A stretch of 64,000 nt of DNA, from NCBI RefSeq assembly GCF_009914755.1, contig NC_060931.1, one strand, 5' to 3'. Made by a program: the position numbers and the translations under genes. Under the pieces are notes generated by a model. That model ran no database searches. It was not told where the DNA came from and was given only the letters and a program-made list of their open reading frames with translations. Origin of the DNA: the human T2T-CHM13v2.0 reference genome, Homo sapiens. Shown here piece by piece: positions 43,453 through 61,371 of this stretch (its first letter is position 1; every line of letters begins with the position of its first letter).

Positions 43453-43585
43453 TTTTTTTTTTTTTAATAGAGACGGGGTCTCACTATGTTGCCCAGACTT
43501 GTCTTGAGCTCTTGGGCTTAAGTGAACCTTCTGCCTTGGCTTCCCAAAGTGCTGGGATTACTGGCATTAGCCACCACTCCTGGTC
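43453..43585 (-). mobile_element. FLAM (Alu left monomer)
   Basis: About 130-bp monomer; TSD tgtttgccct (43437-43446 / 43586-43595). Confidence 0.85.
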
Positions 43586-43880
43586 TGTTTGCCCTTTACT
43601 GAGGGTAAGGGTAAGGGCTTTGGTACCACTGTTCTCTGGGCCATGTATGTCCAAACTTTGATCATCTTTTATTCTCTTTTCTTATCCTTTGCCTTGCAGA
43701 ATTATTTAGTCAGTAATCCCTGCCCTTAATACTTTCTCTTATTCAGCCTCTCCTTCCCATTCCCATTGGTTCAGGCCTATATTTTTTCACTTGGATTTCC
43801 GTTTTTTTTTTTTTCTCTCTAAACTTTGAAGGTTTCTTCTCATATCTTTTCTTTTAAAACACCTCCTTAAGCCAGAATAA

Positions 43881-44246
<366 letters not shown>

Positions 44247-47200
44247 TAATCCAGTCCCATTTTACCTCTATGATGTGGACTTTTGGACTTGGAAGTGACT
44301 TTTGAAGTTAACTGGTTCAACTGTCTTCCTTTTTTCACCTCCTAGATATATTACTGCCTAAAACACTGATTTTTGGCTAATGTCATGTATTGCCTTCTTG
44401 TACTGACATTTTCCAGAGTATCTTGCATTATCAGGTTCTTGAGAGAAGAATCTGTGTTAAACATCTCTTCACTGACTGAATAATTCAGTTTGTTTATTCA
44501 GTCATTCATTCAGCAAATATTTTTCAACAGGCTTGTGTGCCATACACTGTGCAAGGTACTGGAAATGTAGTCAAATAGACGTGCCTCTTATCCTCAAATA
44601 GTATTCAAGGAGGCAGGAAGTCAGTCAGCTACTTCAGTCCATTTGTCATACAGGCTATAGCAGAGCTTTGCATAGGATGCTGAGGAGGCCTCGAGGTGGG
44701 ACCTCTAAGAGTTGAATGTAGGGAGGCTCCCTAAAAGAGTATACCTGCCATGGGTGTTATTTCTCTCCTTCTGTCTGCTATACCCCTTCCCCAGCAACCC
44801 CTCAATAGCTCCTAATACATCACTAAGTAAATAATCAGCCTTAAATAAATATTTAAAAGTGTTTCTGTTGAATTTAATTGACTGTTTTAAAAAGAAGTAT
44901 TCTTCTCCAATCTTTGGCTCTGACCAAATGGAAATATTTGTAGTCTCCATATATGTTAAGGGTTTTTCTCTCTCTCCTTTTTTTTTTTTCCCACATACTG
45001 TCTATCTCCTATGTCTGAAGTGCTTTTCCTTCTTTCTCTGCACGTGGAAATTATGTCTAGAAGCCTCCCTGCTCCCCTTCAGTTCTTCCCTGACCTAGAT
45101 GTAACCAACATCTCCTTTTTCTCAATTTACATAGTAGTTTTTCAGTGCTTCCCTTAGGTATTACTTATGCTTTCACTGATAGTAAACATTTGTTTTTCTC
45201 CTTGACTAAGCTCAGTGCTCCTCGATGGCAGGAATTCTGTATCCCCTGAAGTGCCCAGCACTGTACCTTGGTGAAAGTGGGTGTTCAATGAGAACTGATA
45301 AAAGAGTGAAAAGTGTATAAAGAAAGCTTCTGTTTTGTTACTGGCATCTTTCAATGAAAAGGATTCTCCCCGGCATAGTCAAGAATGTTTTAGCTATAGT
45401 TGAAATCAACATAATAATGCTCTGTGTCTCGAGCTTCCATTTCTAGTAAAGTTCTCTGGGTTACATATCAAGGTTCCAAAACTTCCTGCCACTCACTGAG
45501 GTGACAGTTCTGTTTATTTTGAAAATAAATGATTTTGGAGGGTTTACTTTTGTGCTCTGTGATGCCTCAATCTATATTTTAGTTACCTGCTACTGTTTTT
45601 ACAAAGCAATTTGGAAGAGTATTAAATTATGTGGTTGAGTTTGTTATTGGTGCACTACAGGACCTGTGAAGCATTTGTGGTTAGTGAGTCAAAAAGCACC
45701 ACCGTTTAGCTGCACTTGGTGTAGTTGCGATTAGTGCCTTTCTGTTCTGAGAGACATGTATGGCACTCTTTCATAAGATCTTGTTACATTGGCCCTGATT
45801 ATTCTTTCAGCAATCTCGACAAGGGAACTTTTTTGTGTAGCTTATGTTACTGAACACTTGAGTGGTAAGAAAAAAGATCCAAATATTTTATTTCAGAATT
45901 TCCAAATCTGCTTGGAATTGTTTGGTTTTAGAAATAGATTTTTACATACTTTATTGGTCACAGTTAAGAGGAATTAAGGAAGAACCATAAAATAGATGCT
46001 CTTGTAAGTTTGTCATCATCTAATTTTACTGTCAAGTTTAAGTAATAAAATACTCTTCTGAGTTGTCTTTTAGGAAGAGAAATGGTTTGGATTTGGAAAT
46101 CAGTAGTCAATTTTGGCTGTGCCTCTGCCTGCTGTTTTAATGTTAATAAGGCCGCTTTAGGGGCTCACTTATTTCTTAGATAAAATAATGACCATAGTTA
46201 TATATATAAGCTTCAAACAGCTCAAAGAGTTTTGGACCTTTGTAACAATCTCATGAATATCTATATTATCCCTTGGCAGGTTGGTTTCTGTAGGAAATGA
46301 ACCACCTATGTAACTAATTGCCTAGGGTTAGATCCATAGCAGGACAAGCTTTGGGATGATGTTCTAGTCACCAGCGCATACTATTTCTGTTGCTATGAAT
46401 TGGGAATAGGAAAACAATCCTATTTGGAGTTCAGAATGTGAGGTCTAATTATTTTGCACTTTTAGAGACTTTGGGATTTTGAAGGTCAATCTCAGATGGT
46501 ATAGAGAGATTGGCTGCAGCTGACCGTGGGATTTTGTAGCATGGTCTTACAAGGCTGAGATCTTCTCCCTCTTACTTCATGCGCCCCATGACTCATTCCT
46601 CCCTGTCATGCATCTCTCCTAAACTCCTGTCATGGCCTTTCATGTCTCTTTTACTGCTGCATGCCTTTGCATTTGTTATTTGATTTGCCATAATGCCTTC
46701 TCCTTCTTTACCAGCGTGATAGAATTTTCACTCATCCTTTAAAACCTAGCTTTCTCTTCCTGAACCTATACCAAGAGCATATCTTTTCTCCCCCAATTAC
46801 TTGTTACTATTGGTACTACGTGCATACCTTCTGTTAATTAGCACAGGATACTCTGAGTTATACTTAGCTGTCTGTATATGAGTCTCTACAACTAGTGTGG
46901 GAGCACCTTATGAGTATAGATTATGTAGTAGTTTTTCCATTGTTAATGTTTGTATTGGATCCCTACTATATGTTTATAAAATGAATGAAATTTATATATA
47001 TTACGTTTTCATATTAATAAGATCTATTTTTTATAAGCTATTGTTAAGTTTGTCATCACCTTCTATGTCTTGGAAAATTTAAATCATAGTCATTCTGCAT
47101 TCAACTGAAGTTACAGGTTTTTTATAAGTGAATTATTCTTGATTGAGATAGGATGTTTTCAGAGTTGGTATATGACATTTGAAGACCATTGTACATTTCA

Positions 47201-48200
47201 GTGCTTGTTTAGATATGCCACATTGCCTTCATTCAGGTCCCTGATTTTTACACTCTCAGATATCTGTGTCTTAGAAAATGTGAGTTTTGATTCAATAGGA
47301 GGGAAAGGCATCTGTGAGTCTGTAGTTGCTTTATGTACAGTAGGATTATTCTTCTAAAAATATGCCATTAATTAATGAGAAATATAGAAATTTCAACTTT
47401 ATTAGATAAATTAATCATTTCTAGATTGAATAATATTTATAAATTGTTTTTAAGAATAATTTGAGCTAAATGCCACTATTGAAATAGAAGCTGTAAAATA
47501 CTTATAGATCATAATGTCGATTACTGAGAACTCACTACCTACCAGCTACAAACTACTATGTGATTGATCTCTATCTCTATATAAATCTGTCTCTTTGTCA
47601 ACCCATCAATCAATAATTGTATACCTACTATATACCAAATAGTAGGCACTTTATAATTTATTGTTTAATCCTTTTAACAATGATTGTGTTAGAGATTATT
47701 ATCTCTGTTTTATGGATGGGGAAGCCAGACACAGAGTGATTATTCACCAAAAATGTACTTACCTAGTTAAGTGGTTAAACTGGGGTTAAACTGAGTTCTT
47801 TTTGGTTCCATAGATTATGTATTGATAATTTCTACTCCATCTGACTGCTTTGCATATTTACATTTTTTTCTGTCTATTTGGTGTTTAGGTGCTAGATCTT
47901 TCTTGAGCATTGTTACTTGTCACATAAAATTCTAATGGAAGTGCTTTAATAGTTGGTAGAGCTGTTTTCCCAACACTGAATAATGGACATATGGTTATAA
48001 TTTCTTTATCATGACATTTTACACAGTTTTATGTCACAATATCACTCAATAAGAATTCAATCTTAAATTTTAGAGTTTTTAAAAACTAGGAAAAAGTGCT
48101 TTATAAAGTTTATAGATTATTGTGTACTTTTAAAGTTTAAAATAATTTATAATTTTTAATTATAAACTCATTTATAATTTTTTAAATTTCTTTCATACAG

Positions 48201-48285
48201 GTACCAGGTACTTGCTTTTGCAACAGATGCAGATAAAAGGCAGGAGACTGAACAGCAAAAACTTGGTTCTGGAAAAAGACTAGTT
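48201..48285 (+). CDS. BBS9: BBS9 internal coding exon (probably exon 7), 85 nt, phase 2 to phase 0
   Basis: Acceptor tttctttcatacag| and donor GTT|gtaagg. AA+G completes Lys from the previous exon, then YQVLAFATDADKRQETEQQKLGSGKRLV. Frame is consistent with both neighbours. Too short for the ORF track. Confidence 0.95.
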
Positions 48286-49473
48286 GTAAGGCCTTTTTTT
48301 AATATATAAAAATTTCAATAATGCTATATCTAATCACATATGTTTGTCAATAATAATTCATGGGAAGAAAATGTAAAAAAATATGTCAGCCATTCTCTTT
48401 CCTATATTATGGTTATATTAATGACCTAAGAATTGAGTTGGTTGTTGTTGAGCAATGGAAACACATGCCTGGTCATGGTCTTAATATAACAGATTGTAGA
48501 GTTGTACCACTAGAACTGTGGATATCCAGATGGAGTCACTTTTAACAAATAAAAATAGAAACATTAAAAAAATCTCTCCTTAATAGGCAAAATTTTGTAG
48601 ATTATATTCTATTGTTTGAAGTGTCTTTTTTCTCTAGCTGCTTTCCAGATTTTCTCTTATCACTTGTTTGGAGCAATGGGATTATAATGTGTACTTTTCT
48701 TTCTCTTTTTTTGAGCTTAAGATTTGTTAAGCTTCTTGCATCTATGAATATTTAGTTTGCATAAAATTTAGAAATGTTTTGGCCATTAATTCTTTAAATA
48801 TTTTGTAACTAGTAGGCATGCGACCGAATATATAAGTAAAAGATAAAAATTCACAGCTCACAAAGATAGAATTAGCTCAAAGACAAAGGTGAAGTTTGAT
48901 AATTTGAAAAGTAGTTTGAAGAAAAATTGTAAATGATGAATTCTCCATTTATTGTAAATTGGGGAATAGATGGTGATTATGAACTCTTCCTTATCTTGAG
49001 AACTTCCATAGACAGCAAGGCAAAAAATAGAAGGAACTAAAATTATGGTGGAAACAGTGAAATAAATCTGAGGATACACAAGAAGGAAGCTAAATGGAGA
49101 AATAATGTAGAATTTAGAATACTAACATAACAGTATTGGAGAAGACTATGCAGAATTTTCTGTATTAGGATACAGAAGTTCAGGAGATGGTAGAACAGAA
49201 GGGTAACTTGGAAAGAGTCAAGAATCAGATGAAGATATATTTTTTTTCATTGGTAGTAAAAAGTAAAAGAGCACAATGAATAAAAATATGATATAGTTTT
49301 GCACAGAATTTAGAAGCACCATAGTAATAATAGTTAAAGCACAGATTGAAGTCAAACAGGTCTTGAGAGCTTTACTTTTTTTTTGAGCAAGTTACAGCAA
49401 GTTTGTTAGCCTTACTAAATCTCAGTTTCCTCATTTGCAAAGTGATAATATCTATTTTAAAATGTTGTTATTA

Positions 49474-49765
49474 GGCTGGGCGCGGTGGCTCATGCCTGTA
49501 ATCCCAGCACTTTGGCAGGCTGAGGCAGGTGGATCACCCGAGTTCAGGAGTTCGAGAGCAGCCTGGCCAACATGGAGAAACCCCATCTCCACTAAAATAC
49601 AAAATTAGCTGGGCATGGTGGCCCATGCCTGTAGTTCTAGCTCCTTGGGAGGCTGAGGCAGGAGAATCGCTTGAACCTGGGGGGCAGAGATTGCAGTAAG
49701 CTGAGATCGTGCCACTGTACTCTAGCCTGGGTGACAGAGCAAGACTCCGTCTCAAAATAAAAAAA
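49474..49765 (+). mobile_element. AluS inserted in a MIR
   Basis: Dimeric Alu; near-TSD gttgttat; MIR core ctcagtttcctcatttgcaaa upstream. Confidence 0.9.
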
Positions 49766-50309
49766 GTTGTTATAAGATAAATTAGGTATTTATATATAAA
49801 TATATGTATTGTATATAATAAATATATAAAGCACATAGCAAAATGTCTGGATGAACTTACTGATAATGGTAATTAAATTGTCCTTTGACCTCCTCAATAG
49901 TGGTGTTCTTCCATTTGTTTCTTATAGTCTGCACTTCAGCCATATAGGGCCTCTCATTGTTCCAAATATTCCATGGCTCTTCTTCATTCTAGGCATATGG
50001 TTTTTCTTCTGTCTGGAATAGCCTTTCCTTATCATTTGCAGTTTTTATTGATTACTCCATGTCTCACACTGAGGATGTATTCTGAAGGCAATTGCAGTTG
50101 AGTGGTTTTTCCATTCGATTAGTGAATAGAGTAAGAAATAGCAGTAAAACTTCATTTTGTTACACGATAGTCACTTTGCAGGAATGTGATACCATGGAGC
50201 AATATCAAATCTATTGCAGAAGAAACAGAACTTACCCAATGGAGTGATTTTAATAAGATAGTTGTGGGAAGTCATTTAATAGCTTCCTGTGTTACTCACA
50301 GCTACCTTT

Positions 50310-52550
<2,241 letters not shown>

Positions 52551-53281
52551 ATTTTTTTTTTATTATTGTTCTTAGCAAATTTCTGTGTTTTATGAGACTC
52601 ATTAATTCAGAATGTAGTGTATTTCCCTAAGTGGAGGTCACAGAGTGGCATTCAGTACCTGGTAAATTGAAAGTATTTAGTGGCTGGATCTCAGACTGTG
52701 GCCTCAGAAACATGATTTGCCTGTTCACTTTGGATAAATCACCTCTCAGAGTGAGGCACACATCAGCCCGAGGTACAGACACTGACGTACAAAGCCAAAT
52801 GCTAGCCTGTTACAATATAATGAGAAATATAACTGTCATGGGACTGATATTCATGTCCTGTCCAGTGGAGTCATTTTATATAGGTAAGCAATACTTGAGC
52901 CAAATAGTAATCAAATAATTTCTTAGTGTTGAATTCTAGTTCAGCTTAAGATAGTCTGATGCACCTACCTATGTTCACTAGGCTGTCTCCCTTCTACAGA
53001 TTGATCTTATACATATACTGGCAATATTTGCCTTTCTGGCCAGCCCCATTTGGATTTTATACCTTCTTCAAATATTTTAATATCTAAAGTAGATGAATAC
53101 CTAAGATCATGTCTTGATGGCCAAAAATTCATCTTGTCTTTAATGTGACTTTTCATGATCTTTTCTTGGATCCATTGTTTGTTGATCATAGCCTAACTTT
53201 CACAGCAGCCCTATTTCCTGTTTATGCAGATTTTTCTCTGTGAAACCATCTCATTATTACTTTCATATACAATATATGCCT

Positions 53282-56282
<3,001 letters not shown>

Positions 56283-56922
56283 ACAGTATATGCCTTTCTG
56301 CCAATGTTTTTCAAAATGGTGTGTCTTTGCTCTTTTGCATTTTCCTGACTTAGAAATATTGTATGGAAGATGAATCCTGAAAAGCTCTCATTTTACATTC
56401 ATTCTTTCATTACTTTAAGAAGCATTTATTGAACATTAACTGTATCCCAGCAATATGGAGATATCCTGGAGTAGCTCTTATGTATAGAATATTCTGCTAT
56501 ACTCTCTAGTGGCTTGGTGACTACTCTGTATATGCATATTGATATATTTTTAGTTGCCCTATAAAAACACATGTACAATCATAATGATAGTTTTTATGGA
56601 TTATTAAATTTGATTTGCAAATTAAGCACAATATCATTTTCATGGAAGTTTTTTAGGGAAGCAGATAAGTGTTTTAGTGTTCTTGAATTGCAGAATAGTT
56701 AATATCATTTGGTAAGACATGGAACAAAACTTTGATTAGAGTCTTGTAAAATACCAGAAAAATGGTCATAGTGATAAAAAAAAGAATAAAGAAATGAAAG
56801 AGATTAGCCCATCTTTATATTTCTGCTTTGTTGTAAAGCAATTTCTTAATTTATATTGATATGAAAATAACTGAAATTTTCTGAGGTTAGCAACTAAATT
56901 GATATTGAGTTTTGCTTTGTAG

Positions 56923-57106
56923 GTGGATTGGACTCTAAATATTGGAGAGCAAGCCCTTGACATATGTATTGTCTCTTTCAATCAGTCGGCATCCTCTGTT
57001 TTTGTTCTTGGTGAGAGAAACTTTTTTTGCCTTAAGGATAATGGACAAATTCGATTCATGAAGAAGCTTGATTGGAGCCCAAGTTGTTTTCTGCCATATT
57101 GCTCAG
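56923..57106 (+). CDS. BBS9: BBS9 internal coding exon (probably exon 8), 184 nt, phase 0 to phase 1
   Basis: Acceptor tttgctttgtag| and donor CAG|gtgtgt. Translates VDWTLNIGEQALDICIVSFNQSASSVFVLGERNFFCLKDNGQIRFMKKLDWSPSCFLPYCS (ORF 56923..57114). Confidence 0.96.
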
Positions 57107-58586
57107 GTGTGTAGAAAGATTTTCTTTTATCTCTTCCATATGTCAAGGCTATGTGATATACACCAGAAAAAGCCACACTCATACACATATTGTAAACATA
57201 TATGAAAACAGTTTAATATTGAATATGTAATGGAAATTTTAACTTTCAAAGTTTGAATGGAAGTTTGATATAAAGCACACATTTGGTTTTGTCAGTCATT
57301 TTACTTTGTACAAAATGACTTGTAAAATTGGCCTCCGGCATACATTAATACTTTCCATAATGTGGCTATTCAAGATGCTTTCAAGAGAACATCAGACTCT
57401 TTTATAAGCACAATAGTAATGTCTAATAGAATGAATTATCTGTAGTGAATGCGTAGTAAATCATTAGCTTAAATGTGTTACATATTAATGAAATTCATGC
57501 TTTCTAGATGAAATGCAAAAATGTTGGTGATTATCTAGTTATAGCTTCCAAGACTGTAAAATGATTCCTTTCTTTTTTATACTGGTAAAGTTACAAAATA
57601 ATGTTTTATTATGTAAAATCTTTATGTATTAAAATCCAGGTGTTAGAATTAGTTTGTGCTATCAATTTCCTAAAAGAGATATACTTTTCCAAATGACTGT
57701 TTTCTTAGTGTCTCTTTTCTGTATTTTCAACTTACAGTTTCTGAAGGAACAATAAATACTTTGATTGGAAATCATAATAACATGCTGCATATTTATCAAG
57801 ATGTGACACTGAAGTGGGCCACCCAACTTCCCCACATTCCTGTAGCAGTAAGAGTGGGCTGTTTGCAGTAAGTGATTTAATTTAACACAGTTTTTAAAGA
57901 GGATGTTAGTCAAGAAATTTTCTAGAAGTTCTATGAAATAATGACAAGTGATTTTATTAAAAAATTACAGGTGACATTGTAGTATGAATGTCAATAATAA
58001 AAGTAATTTAAAATATAACTTTTATTGGAAAGGAAGGATAATTAGTGCTATTAATCATTTTCATTTAATATTTCTAGCAAGATATCCTTAGTAAATTAAA
58101 GGTAAAAACTGGTGAAGACATCAAGAAAATGGTTTACTTGATAGATTATTCTTCAGAATACAAAAATATTTCTTTTAGCATTTGATGAGTCCCTTTTAGA
58201 GAACATTTATTGATAGACTGTGACGATATTACACTGTTCATTATAATAAGTTCTCACCTTGTTTCAGACGTTTCATTAAGTCAAGTGATGCAGAATTGTT
58301 AATGATCATGTGTTTACACAGTTTAGATTTTAAGTGGGGCTACTTTGTATTTAAATTGAAAAACAGAATTCATACTTTAACATTAAGTTTACAAAATTTA
58401 TCAAAAATGACAGAAATGAGCCATCTAAGTGAGTAATTTTTCTAGGTCATCAGTATAAAAACTGAGATGCCGATGAACTTTTTAGCATCTTAGATTATGT
58501 TTAGGAATTGAAAATATCAGCAAACGTATAGAAATACAACTTTCCATAAAGCTTCATAGATTCTCAGATGTATTCAGTTCTACTTA

Positions 58587-58964
<378 letters not shown>

Positions 58965-60745
58965 TCATCAGGATGGAGTTGTTTTCTCCTATTAAGGGCT
59001 TGAGTGTAATATTATTGTTGAAGCTCAACGAAGGGTATTCATATTTGCATCAGTGTTTTATCTAAAGCCTGAATTTTAGAAAAATGGAAACGGTGTTTTG
59101 AAAACATTGAATATTTTAAAAAGAAGTTGCTTTCTTATGTTTTATGAGAAAAAACATATAATTCTAATTGCTATGCACTTAACACAAGTTATAGTTATTT
59201 TGTGTCTGAAAAATAATTTAAAAGTTTTGAGATTGGCTTTTGCAATGTCCATCACATGGTCTTTTTAAATTTAACAGAATATTCATACTCACCAGACATT
59301 TTGTATCAGATTTACTTAGAAGGATTTAGAACAGGAAAAACATCTTGCCAGCAGGGCAACATCAAGTATTTCACTTCTGGAAGAGTAATTCTTGCAGGAG
59401 TCTATATATCCATCCAAAGCTGTTCTCTTTGGTCTCTTAAGTGACAGTTCATTTGCAAAAAGACAGATCCACACTGGTGAGTATGGGTCTCATTTTGACT
59501 TATAATCTTCATGTCCTTCAGGAGCCAATATCTTGAAATACTTAAAAATTATTGGGGTTTTGGTGTGTATTTTGAGCACAGGAGAATGATGGGTAGAAAG
59601 ACCTTATTGAGAACATTTAGTTGAAATATATATATTTTTACACATACATTATATACAAGGGATGTACCCATTTCAGGAGTCACCATACTGAGAAAAGTGC
59701 AAAGGTATGGCTTCTCAGCAGATATTTATTGTTAATTTATAGTTTTTGGTCTAGGTGCAACTTATGAGTTAACAGTCAATAATAACTGAAATATTATGAG
59801 TAAAACACCAAATTTTCATATAGTGTGCATCATGATGCTTATGTTCAAAAGTAGCCTGTCATTTTATTTTCGGTACCTGTGAGTGAACCTTCCTATTTCT
59901 CATAGCTTTTGCAAGATGACAGTTATAAACAATTAAATCCAAATATTGCCATTAGTATTTTCCACAATTAATATATAAAAATAAATTCTAATTGTTGAAC
60001 TGAAGATTTTTCTTTTCTTACATATAATTTAACACAAAGTATAGGATTAGACTGTGTTTGAAAGAATTCCATTGTAATTTCTATTAGAGTTTTTTTCTTC
60101 TTCAGTAAACTATAATTAATGCATGAAAAAGAAAATAAAGATTGTAAAACACTAGACTCAATTAACATAAAGTTTAGGAAGGTTTTCTGCCCTCACCACA
60201 ATTGTAAGCTGTATGCTACAGTTATTTAAATACCTTTTATCATAGTCACATCTTAAATCTTATTACTTATCTAAACTGAGGCAGTAAATGGACAATTTCA
60301 AAAATGATCATAAGTACAGAACACCACAACTATATTTTAATCACTTGCAAAAAAGGCCGTGGACCATGGGGAGAGCACTCAGCTCTTAGCTCATGCTGCG
60401 GTTTAGGTTATTAACCACAAAAGGTAAGGGAGCTTCCAGTTTTGCTCTTTGGCTGTCAGATCATTTACAGGGGGGAAGTTGGAATAGTAGCTGGTGTTAC
60501 AGATACCCTACACAATGCAAAGCTAGTGAACACCAATATCTAGTCATCCGGCAAAAAAAGAAAAAAGAAAAAAACAGCATAAACTAGCAAGAGCATCTGC
60601 AGCCAACTGCAGGCTAATGCCACATCTTTTCTCAAGGCTCTATCCTGGGTATGTGAATGAAAAGCCCTGCTTTTGTCCTGATCAACAACAGCCTTCCTGT
60701 GAGGAAGATACTTCCTTGCCACGTGAGCGCTGGTGGGCTTCTCAC

Positions 60746-61001
60746 CTTTGCAAGCAGTCCATAGGTGTGGTGGTTCCCAAAATGTGGCTTTTGCCATTCA
60801 CCATGCTGCCCTCACTCCCTCACCTCATGGGCCACAAGAGGGTGGAAGAGCCAGGCAGATCTAAGCTGATGTCCCAGAAGGGGTCTGTGGTGGTGGAGAC
60901 TCCATGGCAGACTTGGCAGGTGATGTCCAACTGCAGCCCACCTGTGAAGATCTGTTCTATGATGTAGTTGTGGTAGTTGGCCTTCTTCCCATTGTCATCA
61001 C
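60746..61001 (-). pseudogene. USP22: Pseudogenic fragment derived from USP22 (parent gene; catalytic-domain segment), flanked by intact-looking splice sites
   Basis: Manual minus-strand translation: (G)[83 protein letters not shown](R). USP22 as recalled: [89 protein letters not shown]. In-frame TGA at 60822-60820, a 3-codon deletion and CpG-type substitutions. Confidence 0.9.
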
Positions 61002-61371
61002 CTGGGGACAGACTGTGGCTCTGGGATTAGTGTCTGTAAACCACAAAGACAGCGAATGTCTAAGGGAAGAGTATGTTTACCCTGCAGAGGCCTGAGGAAG
61101 CCAGCGCTGACACTTTACAAGGCCATGTGAGGATGCTCATCATTTCATTAGAGGGTCTTGCTGTTATTTAATGTGACGAGAAATCACAGCACTTGGATTT
61201 TCAATGCTCCTGTTTTTGTCATTCCCTAAGAAGAGCCCCATATTTTTTATCTTGCCAACAAAGCACATCTAATGCCCAATAGCTGAGTAGGTAGTTGGTT
61301 CCCTTTTTATATGAGGGACAATTGAATAAATATTTTCCTGCAGACAGCTGAAAATATTGTGGGCCAGATAC

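Noticed and set aside
60553-60574. A-rich tract as the poly(A) tail of the USP22 copy
   Set aside because: Wrong strand: a minus-strand retrocopy tail would appear as T on +; this is U-rich in the USP22 sense.
60746-61001. Assignment to USP27X/USP51, or a functional USP gene
   Set aside because: DDNGKK, QVCH, DPFW and GSST match USP22 as recalled, and the flanking splice sites imply an intron-containing parent. The stop codon and absence of other exons in the window argue against function.
60540-61095. ORFs 60617..60967(+), 60904..61095(+) and 60540..60797(-)
   Set aside because: Antisense or off-frame shadows of the USP22-derived sequence; the homologous frame is a different minus frame containing a stop.
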